A stretch of DNA of 64,000 bases from Lama guanicoe (taxonomy: Eukaryota). Shown piece by piece: positions 53,816 through 64,000 of this stretch. A program made the position numbers and the translations under genes. The notes beneath the pieces are model-generated. The model had not been told where the DNA came from. It made no database searches and worked only from the letters and a program-made list of their open reading frames with translations. How positions within the stretch are numbered: the first letter of the stretch is position 1; every line of letters starts with the position of its first letter. Location of the stretch: NCBI GenBank assembly GCA_013239625.1, contig MU053873.1:3238524-3302523 (forward strand), given 5' to 3'.

Positions 53816-53904
53816 CTAGAAAGTCATAGAAGTTCAATGTTAGTTCCTTCCATGAGTTGATGAGAAGGAAACTTCTGGAGGAGGAAAGAGAAGTGAAATG
53901 AATG

Positions 53905-54690
53905 TACCATTTTAATCATCTTTCAGTGTCCAGCACACTGGCGTAAAGTACAGTCACATTGTCATGTAACCATCACCACCATCCATCTCCAAAACTTCTT
54001 TCACCTTGCAAAACTGACACTGCACCCATTAAACACTAACTCCCCAGTTTCCCTCCCCACTTCTGTCTCTACGAATTTGACTACTCTAAGCATCTCATAT
54101 GAGTGGAATCACACAGCATTAGTCCTTTTGTGACTAACTAATTGCACTTAGCATAATAGTCTCGAGGTTCATCCACGTCATAGCATGTGTCAGAATTTCC
54201 TTCTTTTTTTCTGGTTGAATCATAGCTCTCTGTATGAATATATCACATTTGTTTATCCATTCATCCACTGATGGACACTTGGGTTGCTTCCACCTTTTTG
54301 CTATTGTTAATAATACAGCTATGAATGTTGAGTGTACAAATATCTCTCCAACACTCTGTTTTCAATTCTTTGAGGTAGCTACCCAGAACTGGAAATGCCG
54401 GATCAAATGGTAGTTTTACTTTTGACTTTTAGAGAAAATATCATACTGTTTTCCACAGCGGTTGTACCCTCCATATTCCCAGCAGTGCACAAGGGTTCCA
54501 ATTTCTTTACATCCTCCCAACACTTGTTACTTGTTGTTTTTTCAGTCTAGTAGGCGTGAAATGCTATCTCAATGTGGTTTTCATTTGTATCTCCCCAAAC
54601 TAGTGATGCTGGACATCTTTTCATGTGTTTATTGGCCATTAGTATATCTTTTAGAGAAATATCTATTAAACTCCTTTATCCATTTTTAAT
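53905..54690 (-). mobile_element. LINE-1 3' end (L1MB-like), minus strand
   Basis: cacttagcataat, tttatccattcatccactgatggacacttgggttgcttccacc and catactgttttccacag motifs. Confidence 0.85.
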
Positions 54691-55489
54691 CGGGATCTTT
54701 GTTTATTGTTGCTATCATCACCCCTTAGCCTTTGTATGAGAAGAAAGGCAGTAGACCAGCATCCTAATACTGCTCATCCCATGGCCCTGTCAGCAATTAT
54801 GGTGAGAGCTTTGTCAGGAACTGACAATTCAGTCCAAACTTTTCTAATATTTACTGAGAACCTCACAAGTGCTGGGCTGGGCACTGGGGGCTGGAGGGAG
54901 CAAATATAGCTATGGATAGTAACAGTTGCCATAGAAAAGTAATCAGAAGTGTCCGGATAATGCTGTGCTCAGAGATGTTCATCACAGTGTTGTTTATAAC
55001 AGCGTAAGTGTGGAAATCACCCAGATGTCCACAGGAGAGCCGAGACAGAATCAGGCATAATCAGCGAAATGCATCATTACTAAGTGGAGGATATGAATAA
55101 CATAATGCTATGAGGAAAAAGCAGACAATAAAATCGTACATACATGTGGATTGCAAACCTGCAGAGAAGACAATATATGGGAAAGTGACTGGTATTAAAC
55201 ACAGACAGTGTGTAACTGTGGCTCCCTCCACGGGGTGGGGCTGAAGAAGATTGTGTTTTCTGCTTCTTGACACTTCTGTGCACTTTCGTTTTTAAATAAA
55301 GAACATGTTTTTACTCTGGTCATCAGAAATAAGTGAAGTGTTACGGGAAAAATATGATAGCTGCTACTATATATGGAATGCCTAATACAGATTAGGCATT
55401 TTGAACCCACTTCATCAAATGCTCAAAATAGCGCCTTTAGACAGCATAGTAAAAATGATTATAAAAATAACCCCCCCAATCCCTCCTCT

Positions 55490-56013
55490 TCCCTGTATCC
55501 AGGCTCTTCGCACAGGTCTGGCAGTTTCTCCCATCGAGAAGTGGACACCAGTTCCCCACCCCTTCACCTGCTGTGTCAGGGCTCAGCCCTGGACTTGCTA
55601 CAACCAGCTGGAATCAGCAGAAGTGACTCTGCCAGTTCCAAGTCGAGGTCCCAAGGAGCCCTGTACACTTCTCGCTCTCTTGGAACTCTGCCCAGCGCCA
55701 TGAGAACAGCCTAAGCTAACCTGCTGGAGGAGAGGACATTCCTGGAGCACGATGAGTCATCCTAGCCAAGGATCTGCCTGGGTCAGCTCATGGCCAGCTG
55801 TCCCCAAGACACACAGGGGAGCCAGCCAAGACCAACAGCCACCTACCCAGACTGCCTGTGACCACAGACACAAGCACTCTCCCAGCCAAGGCCAGAAGAG
55901 CTACTCAGGCAACCCAGAGACCTGTGAGCAATAACAAAAGATTACGTTTTAAGCCACTACGTTTTGGGCTAGTCTATTATGCAGTATTATTGCAGCGAAT
56001 GGTAACTGATACA
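55490..56013 (+). mobile_element. MLT1-type (ERVL-MaLR) solo LTR
   Basis: gcagaagtgactctgccagttcc, ttttaagccactacgttttggg and terminal taactgataca. Confidence 0.75.
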
Positions 56014-56999
56014 GCAACACTGCTATTTCTATTTCACATTTGAAGAAACTGAGGATCAGAGAGGGTGAGTAATTCTTCTAAGTCCACATAGCCAATAAGT
56101 GACAGAGTTAGAGTCAGATCCCAGGTCTCATCAACGTCATTTGTTTAAGATTTATCCATGTCGATGTTTTCATGTTATTGCTGGGTGGGCTCCAACCAAA
56201 GAAATGATGAGAATTTCAATAACCTTTATCCAACCGGTAAACAATATGGTCATTTCTCCTATTTTGCCCAGCACTTGCTGGAGCCAAAGGGGTCCCCTTT
56301 GGGGAGGAAGGAGGGAGAAGTGAGGGGGGCGTCTGGGGTGCTGGCAATGTCCTCCTTTCCCCTGGGTGGTGGCTGCACAAGTGTGCTCAGCTGGACTAGT
56401 TCACTGAGCTGCACACTTCTGGTTCAGGCACTTGTAGGTGTGAATGTTACAGTTCAACCAAAACACTGTTTAAGCTGTACCTAAGGCAGGGCAGGCAGGA
56501 ATGTGCCTGTTCCTGTGTGCTGGCTCACACTCACACACACATGGAGTTGCCTGGGTGCCACCTAGAAAGGGAGCTGCATCTCCAGCTTTGCTAGGTATTC
56601 CCACATCATGATCCAAAGGGTGTGCAAACCCACGATTTCCACCTAGCACAGGGTGTGAACGACTTTCCGTGGGGAAGATGCAAACCGCTTGAGGAGGATT
56701 CAGCTTGGATGAAGTGGGAGAAGGAACAGTCACCCCAAACAAGGGGCAGCTGTAAGAGTAAGGCCTGGGGAGTCCCAGGCTCTGGATCGTAAGGCACAGG
56801 GGCCGTGGGTGGAGACTGGGCTACATGAGAGATGGGAGCAGCAGAAGCCTGGGGAGCCAGGCCTGGAGTTAGGGTTTTACTCACTGGTGGACCAGACAAG
56901 ATGAAGCCAAAACCTACTGGAGGAACGGATGCCCCTCCCTGTCCACCCTCACACCTTCTGCTGAGCCCTGGCAAAGGCCCCGCTCCAGCCTGGCCATAC

Positions 57000-57192
57000 C
57001 TCCCGGAATCGCTCCAGCGTTGAGACAAAGGTCCGCTGGTAGAAAAGCAGCTGCAAGCGCTCGTGGATGTAATTGTGGCACAGCTCCTCGAAGCTGGCGG
57101 CCCTGTCTTTGCCCTGGTGCCGGGGGTTTTGAAAGCCTGGAGAGTCCACCACCATGATGGAGGCCATGGAGAGGTGCTGGGAGGAGAAGGAT
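57000..57192 (-). CDS. MYO18B: MYO18B exon with switch II and relay helix: SFSSQHLSMASIMVVDSPGFQNPRHQGKDRAASFEELCHNYIHERLQLLFYQRTFVSTLERFRE
   Basis: ccccag|A acceptor, GAG|gtatgg donor; 193 nt. Confidence 0.96.
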
Positions 57193-58840
57193 CTGGGGAG
57201 AAAGGAGAGAGCCCCTCAGAGGACATGGAATCTCAGAGCCCCGCTGGTCTAAGCCTCCCCCTTCCCCATCACAGAGACAGAGAAACAGGCCGTACGCTGG
57301 GCAGATCTGGGGATCCGGCAAATCTCACCACTTAAAAGCTGTGCGACTTTGGGAAAGTTATTTAACCTCTCTGAGCATGGGCTCCCCCAACTGTTAAAAG
57401 GTAATAGGGATGAGTAGGATGATCCCAAGAGCTGCGGTAAGAAGAGAAGGAGTTAAAGTATGAAAAGTGCCTCCCAGGGTTTCTGCAGGCCTTCAGTAAA
57501 CCTGTTCTCTCTCCCAAGCCCAGAGTGGAGAAATGACTTGCAAACCAGCTGTAAAGTTACAACAAGAGCCTCCTTTTCTTTCTTAGTGACACACTGCAAT
57601 AGAAAAACCATTCTGTTCAGTTCCTCAGTTTACCAAATTCCCTCAAGACATCACCTCCTTGAATCCTCTTGACAAATCTATCAGAGCAGACGAGAAGGGA
57701 TGATTCCACATCAAAATTCAGGAGTTAAGAGACCCTGGAGAGAGTCACATGTGGGCTCCAATCCTCGCTCAGCCACAGAAGGGCTGTGTGTCTCTGGAGA
57801 GTGGCCTGACCTCTCTGAACGTCAGCCATGAAAGGGTTAATGATGTAGCTGAACTCAGAAGGCCACAGGAAGGGTCAGATGTGATAAAACACCCACTGCT
57901 CTGAATGCGAAAGTGTTTTCTATTATTATTGGCAGGACCAGCTCTATATTCTGCAGGGCCCTCTTCACCATTATTTGCCGACGTTTTCCATCTGTGGGGG
58001 GGCCAATGAGATGGCCCCCCCACAGACGCATGTGCAAGTTAAGATGTTCAGAAAGCCAGGTGCCTGCTCGGTGCTTGTAAAGGTGGCAGGCAGCATTACC
58101 ATGAGCATGCCCACTTTATGGATGCGGGCTCCGAGAACCCATCACCCAGCAGCTCCCTCCACCGGCGGGTTGCAAGCCACCCCAATAAATGCTTCTTCCT
58201 GAGCACACGTGGTCCCCTTAGTTTCTAGAGAATTTGTCTGTGGTCTCAGAGGGTAATCACTCCAGCAGTGAGAGAGGGAGCTGATTCCGCACCTGCAGAG
58301 AACCCCAGCCACGCTGCTGCTACACACTGGCCTCACCCCTTACGGGGTGTCAGAGGCCTAATTACGCGTCCTGCTTTCAGGGAGGAGGGATACGAGCCCT
58401 TGCCTGGGCTCTGGGTCAGCCCCCCTGGGACAGCCTGAAGACTCCTAGGGGCTCATAGCACCACGCATCATGACAGAAGACAGAGGCTTCCGGCACCTGT
58501 GGTGTTTTATGATCACGATTAGGAAGAGTTGTATACGTACATTATTTCTTTTTCATTTACTTCTTACTGACTTCTTTTAATCCTTGCAATGACCCTGGGG
58601 GACAGAGCTAGCTTACAGATGCAGAAAAGGGGGTCAGAGAGGTGAACTGATTTACCAAAGTCACACAGCCCATGGGCAGCCGAGGTGGAATGTAAACTCA
58701 GCAAAACTCAGAAACTCCCTGGTTCAAAAACTCCCTCTCCAGCTCAACAAAACCCTACTCTGCTCAACCCCTCATGGTTGGGGCTCATTCATGCACCTGA
58801 AAAGAGGCCGACTTTGTACCTGAAAAAAAGCTGCCATTAC

Positions 58841-58931
58841 CTGTTGATGAGAGAGACCACAGCGGCAAAGACCTCTTGGTACAGGCCCGCGGCCATGCCC
58901 TCCACACACTCCGCACCCGTCATCTTGAGCC
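58841..58931 (-). CDS. MYO18B: MYO18B exon: (G)LKMTGAECVEGMAAGLYQEVFAAVVSLIN(R)
   Basis: ccgcag|GG acceptor, AG|gtaatg donor; 91 nt; myosin 'LY..LF..LV..IN' helix. Confidence 0.94.
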
Positions 58932-59254
58932 CTGCGGTGGGGAAGAGAGCAGGGTTTGCATCCCGTGGTCAGGACCTCACCTGGCACCAAGGACGTCACT
59001 CCAGAGGCATCACTACTGGCCTAAGAGGATCTCCCCACTGCTGAAAGTACATACCTATGTTCTTAGGACCAAGTTCAAGTGTCCCATCAGGTCCTCCAGG
59101 GTCCTGCATAACTAGGCCCTACCTCCTCTCCACCATGCTCTCCTGCTCATTCATCAGCGCTTAACCCACCATCACCTCCTCAGGGAAGACTGCCTTGACA
59201 AACACCACCACCTCTACTAGGCCAACTCCCAGCTCTATCTTGCTTTTTAAAAAA

Positions 59255-59798
59255 ATTTATTTTTCAAATTGAAGTATGATTGACATACCAAAAAACTGGT
59301 ACATTTTTAATGCATATATCCTGATGAGTCTGAAGCATACACCCATGACACCATCACCATAAACATGCCAGTAACACAACCATCACCTGTAAAAGTTTCT
59401 TCCCTCCCTCTCTGTGCGTGTGGGTGATAGGAACTTCCAAGTAAGGTTAACAAATTTTTAAGCATAGAACACGGTACTGAGAACCACAGGGACTCTGCTG
59501 TATAGTAGAGACATCCATCTGCTGACTGTCTTCTTCACCCACCGCTAGGATTTATTCATCATGCATAAATGAATCCATGTCCCATCTCCCCTCCCTCAAC
59601 TCCCCTAGTAACCACCATTCTACTCTCTGCCTCTATCGGTTTTGACTATTTTAGATTTCTGATCTAAGTAGTGTATTACTCAAAGGTAAAGGAAGAAGGA
59701 AATTTCCTGACATTCTCTACAACATGGATGAACTTGGAGGATATTATGCTAAGTGAAGTAAACCAGACACAGAAGGACAAATCTACCCTGATTTCACA
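59255..59798 (-). mobile_element. LINE-1 3' end (L1MA/L1MB-like) with inverted 5' segment
   Basis: 59255-59668 is an antisense 3' UTR; 59671-59798 is the adjacent upstream consensus segment in + orientation. Confidence 0.75.
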
Positions 59799-60684
59799 GC
59801 GCTGACCACAGCACATTTTTACTTAGTGGTTAACCTGCGTCTCCACCCCTTTCCTCAGGCAGGAAGCGCCCTGAGGATGGGGACTGGCTCTGAGTTTCTT
59901 GGCTTCAAATCCCCAATTCCTGACACATAGTAGTTGCTCAGTAAATATTTGTAATTCCCTCTTTCTGAAGGGAAATTTGGCAATTTTATAGCAGAAGCCT
60001 TAAAATGTTTATATACTTGGACTTAATAACTTCACTCTTAGGATTTTATCCTAATGAAATACTCAGAGAAGCAAAGATCTCTGGGTACATATGCTCTCCC
60101 AACAGTTGATTAAATTGGCAAAAAACACTTTTTCAAACCAACTTGAACATCCAACAATAGCAAATGCGTTACATAATTTGTAGTCCATCTGTACAAAAGA
60201 ATGCTTAAAGTCAGGTCTGGAAGAATAGTGAATAAGATGGAAAAGTACCTACCTATGGTGTTAGGAGAAATAAAAAAGCTTAGGAAACTATTAATAATTG
60301 GGGTCTTAACTTTGCATAAATTCACACACTCATCTCTAGAACTGCCAGCTTTGATTAGGGGGCACTGAGCAAAGTGGGGAAGGAGTGGGGGACTTAGACT
60401 ACAAATACTGACCCTTAGGCTTTGGTTCCATCCACAGAATTAGAAACACAATTTCCAAATCTGCACGCACTAGTGCCTGAAGAAACAGTTCTACTTGTAT
60501 ATTCCAGGCAGCCCGCTGCAGCCCCAAAGCATTTCCCATCCATGCTTTAATTCCACCTCAACCTGCATTGTTGCTAGGCAACCCACAGCCTCCTAACATC
60601 TCTCCTAAGCCTGCCGGTCCCCTGCCTGCTTAACACCAACCCTTGAGACCTCAGCCTGGGAGACTGACTCAGCTTCACAAAGCG

Positions 60685-60812
60685 GTGTGTGGACGTACGT
60701 GTGCTTGTGTGTACATGTGTGTGCTGTATGCTTGTGTGTGCTGGGTGCATGTGATGCTGCACATGCATGTGTGTGCACACCTGTGCATGAGCCCGTACGT
60801 GTGTGCCTGTGT
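60685..60812 (+). repeat. Degenerate (TG)n / alternating purine-pyrimidine tract
   Basis: Read directly from the sequence. Confidence 0.85.
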
Positions 60813-61898
60813 CCAAGAGGCGTAACCATTAAGCAGACCACAACTTACACCAGAGCACAGCCCTGGAAGCCAGCAAGTCCCAGTGACATCAGCCATCAAG
60901 CTGAAGTCCCTGGAAGGTGGAGCAGCTGGGGGGATCCAAGGGCCTCTAAGTGATAGACCCCAAGCCATACCTCAAAACAGTGTTACCCACAAGCCCATTT
61001 AGAAGAGCTCCACTTAGAGAGTTCTCAGAGACCCCAGGGCTCTAAAAGGCCCCTCTGTCCTTACTTTCTGCAGCCACAGCATGTGGCCACAGGGGCTGCA
61101 GACTGGGGATCCAGCAGGCCCCACTCGAGCAGGTGCAGGACAAAGCTTTTCCCCCACATCATGTCAGAGCACCCCCATTCCTTCCTCCAGCTGCTCAGGC
61201 CAAAATCACAGAAGCCGTCCCAGCCCCTCACTTTCCCTGAGGGTCCATGCCATCATTTCTATTTAAACAGACTGAACTGGTCCCCCTAGTTTCATCCCTT
61301 GTCCAACCACCATCACCTCACCAGGGTGACTGTTACAGGGTCTCACCCGGGGATTCCCCAACCTTCCTCTGGGCTGAGCTTCATGAAGAATAAACCAAAT
61401 CATGTCACTGCCCCCTGCCTCTCCAGGGCTTTGATCAGTCTGAGAATTAAAACCCTGATTTACAGACTATTATATGAGCTGAGCCCACCAAGCTTGCCAC
61501 CCTCATCTACCATTCTTCTATCCAATCCAACCATCCTGGCCTTACTTCTGTTCTTCAAACTGGAGGGTCAGTCTTCCACTTCCAGAGCAAGGGCTCAAAA
61601 AATACAGTACCCAATGAAAATGCACTGGTCCCTGGACACTGGCCACACTGTCCCCTCTTGGTAGCACAGGGCCCCCTCCCAGGTTTCAGCAGCTGGACAA
61701 AGACAACTATTTGACCATGTGCACCATGTAGGCAGGAACCACGGCCATTTCCAGGGAAGTGGCTTCCCCCGTACCTAGAAGGTCCACATGTAGTAGACCC
61801 TCAGTAAGTCCTCGACGGAGAGGGGCAAGGATGCTGTTATGTCCCTGGGGGTGGCCCAGCAGGGTCCCAACCCACCCAGACAGGCAGCAGTGCGGTAC

Positions 61899-62072
61899 CT
61901 GAGCTGGTATCCTCGTCGTCTGGGCTCCGTCGGCTCGGCCCAGATGTCACTTGCTCAATGATCTGCCGCAGGTGGTGCTTGAAGGTGGCCGTGTTCAGCT
62001 CCTCATAGTCACAGCCCAGGGCCTCTGCTGCGTGGTTTGCCCACTCAAAGTGCATGAACTGCTTCCGGCCCA
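61899..62072 (-). CDS. MYO18B: MYO18B exon, motor domain: (V)GRKQFMHFEWANHAAEALGCDYEELNTATFKHHLRQIIEQVTSGPSRRSPDDEDTSS
   Basis: cacacag|TG acceptor, TCAG|gtaccg donor; 174 nt. Confidence 0.93.
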
Positions 62073-63636
62073 CTGTGTGAGGGACGAAGCAGAAGGAGGG
62101 TGGTGAGGTCTTGGGAGTGTCCCAGGTAGGCATCCAGAAAAACCTCAGAGAGTCTCACCACCTCCCACTCTCCAGGCCACCGACCTTCAGTAGAAGCCTG
62201 AACAGCTGCCTGGGCCTGGGCCACAGGAGACAGCTTCCTGAGACACATATCTGTCCTATTTCCTTGCCATCTGCATTGTTTACTTTTCCAAGCAATTAAG
62301 GATATTGTGGGGAGCACTCTGAACATGGGATCGAGGAAGAATGAACAAAAGTGTGACTTTCCACCCATCCATCCACTACCCTGCATCCACCTACCTGTCC
62401 ACTCAACTATTTGACATTCAACTACCCTCCCATTCATTCAGTGCATGTTCTTGGAGTTACTACTATGGGACCAGCACCGTCTCAGCCTCTGGGAAACGGA
62501 TGACAAGCAGGACAGACAAGGTGCCTGTCCTCACAGAGCAGTCTGTGACAGGGAGGCAACAAATAAGTCTTTGAGAGAAGGAGACAATAAATAAGGACGC
62601 AAATAAATTATTTCAGGTGATGAAATTATAGTTATTTTTTTCCCCTCTAAGAAGAAAGTCAAACAGGATGACAGATTAAGAGAAACTGCAGGAATGACTA
62701 CAGAAGTGTCATTCTGTGGCTCAATCCGAAGATGCTATATGAAAACCGGGGTATGAAAGGTGAGAAGGAGCTGCCACATCAAGAACCAGGGAAGAGCTTT
62801 AGAGGAAGGAGGAGGCAGCAGTGCAAAGGCCCTGAGGCAGGAATGAGCATCCTCTGTTAGGGAAGTGCCAAGAAGGCCAGCGTGGCTGGGATGTAAGCAA
62901 GGGAGGGTAGTAAACAGAGGAGGCTGGAGAAGTGATGGGGAGCCTCCCTCTGGGCTATATCAAGGCCATTTAATATCAGTGACAAAGACTGTACAACATG
63001 GTCAATGCTTATGGTCAAATGTTAAATGAAAAGGACTAAAAGATCACACCACAGTATGGCATCAATTGTGTAAATAACTCTAAACTACTACAAAAATTAT
63101 GAAAAGGAGTTATATCCAAAAGTTAACAATCACAGGGTACAGGGATTTTGTATTTTCCAAACTTTCTGCAGCAGTTGGGTACTAATTTTGTGATCCAAAT
63201 AAAAAAATGATTTATTAAAGCAAGCAACAGTTCCATCCTTAAATAATTTTCTCCCATCTCTTATCTTCCCACAAATGTGTTTCCTTCTTTGAAATAAGAA
63301 TCACAGCTGCCAACAGAGGTTTCTCAATCCATTTGAAAGAGATTATGAGGGCCCAATTCTTCAAGCAGGCGTTTTAAAGAATTTGTGTGGCTTAAGGAAA
63401 ATACTGGAAGTGTGGAAAATGGCTTTTTCTGGGACTTTGTACCAAGAAGGAGCAGTTCTGACCACTGCTTTCTGAGGTGCTCCTACATGCCAGTTACTCA
63501 GCACTGATTATCACAAGAACATCATTTTATTGCCTCCATTTTACAGATTATTCTAATTTGACAGATGATGAAACAGATTCAGAAAGGTTACATGGCTAGT
63601 AAAAAAAATAAAGTCCTACCACTTTAAAAATTAGAA

Positions 63637-63806
63637 GGTGGTGATGATGGCGATCGCAGTGATGGTAGAGATGATGGTGGAGATGACGGTGATGATGGAG
63701 ATTGTGGTGATAATGGTGGAGATGATGATGGTGAGATGGTGGTGATGATGTTATGATGACAGTAGAGGTGATGACAATGGAGATGGTGGTGATAATGGTG
63801 GTGATA
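63637..63806 (+). repeat. Degenerate (TGG/TGA)n trinucleotide repeat
   Basis: Read directly; explains the His/Ser/Thr-rich spurious ORFs here. Confidence 0.9.
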
Positions 63807-64000
63807 ACCATTACCACTCATTGACCTGATTTTATTCAGTGTGTCATCTTTGTTCAGCTGATGGATTTTGGAGTCAGAAAGCCTGTGTTCCAGGCATAAC
63901 ATACACAAAAAAACTCAATACATGCGAGGTGTAATTACTTACTATTATTATTATTATACAAAGCAATATTAGTCCCATCTTATAGATGAAGAACTGATTC

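Larger units (their letters stand above)
810..62072 (-). other. MYO18B: MYO18B gene, partial (19 internal coding exons; extends beyond both window ends)
   Basis: Exon lengths 5'->3' are 174,91,193,81,148,160,184,223,110,66,129,144,90,120,109,125,155,124,201. All have GT-AG ends and compatible phases and give a stop-free frame with class-18 myosin motor, IQ and coiled-coil features. Peptides resemble MYO18B as recalled (roughly human exons 13-31; numbering from memory). Confidence 0.96.

Noticed and set aside
56606..57321. 206-aa and 135-aa minus-strand ORFs
   Set aside because: Alternative frames over the GC-rich switch II exon and its flanks; only the DSPGFQ frame fits the splice phases.
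58820..58840. Alternative donor CAG|GTACAA 21 nt downstream of the 58841 donor
   Set aside because: Weak site, and its use introduces an immediate TAA; nothing supports it.
63596..63908. His-rich and Ser/Pro-rich ORFs
   Set aside because: Translations of a degenerate trinucleotide repeat.
1..64000. CRISPR arrays, operons or prokaryotic-type defence systems
   Set aside because: The sequence is intron-exon mammalian DNA. I saw no repeat-spacer arrays, long intronless ORFs or foreign-looking inserts.

Overview
Mammalian genomic DNA from inside one large minus-strand gene, MYO18B (class XVIII unconventional myosin). I mapped 19 consecutive GT-AG coding exons between 62072 and 810. Their phases match throughout and they join into a stop-free 2627-nt frame (875 whole codons). 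The frame covers the C-terminal half of the motor domain (switch II DSPGFQ, relay helix, SH region), the IQ neck, the WPWW hook and the start of the coiled-coil rod. Both gene ends lie outside the window. The introns hold ordinary eutherian repeats: MIR, L2, L1M fragments, MER5/58/63/81/96B-type hAT elements, Tigger1 derivatives, an MLT1 LTR and microsatellites. A tRNA-Ala(AGC)-derived SINE and a younger L1 3' end suggest a camelid genome (inference). Most ORF-track entries are spurious. I found no convincing new biological system. The best leads are modest: an in-frame cryptic cassette exon, a poison-exon candidate, a NAGNAG acceptor, homeodomain-motif-dense intronic blocks, inverted Tigger copies flanking the neck exons, and a twin-primed L1 inversion. 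Repeat family names and human comparisons come from recalled consensus sequences, not from a search.
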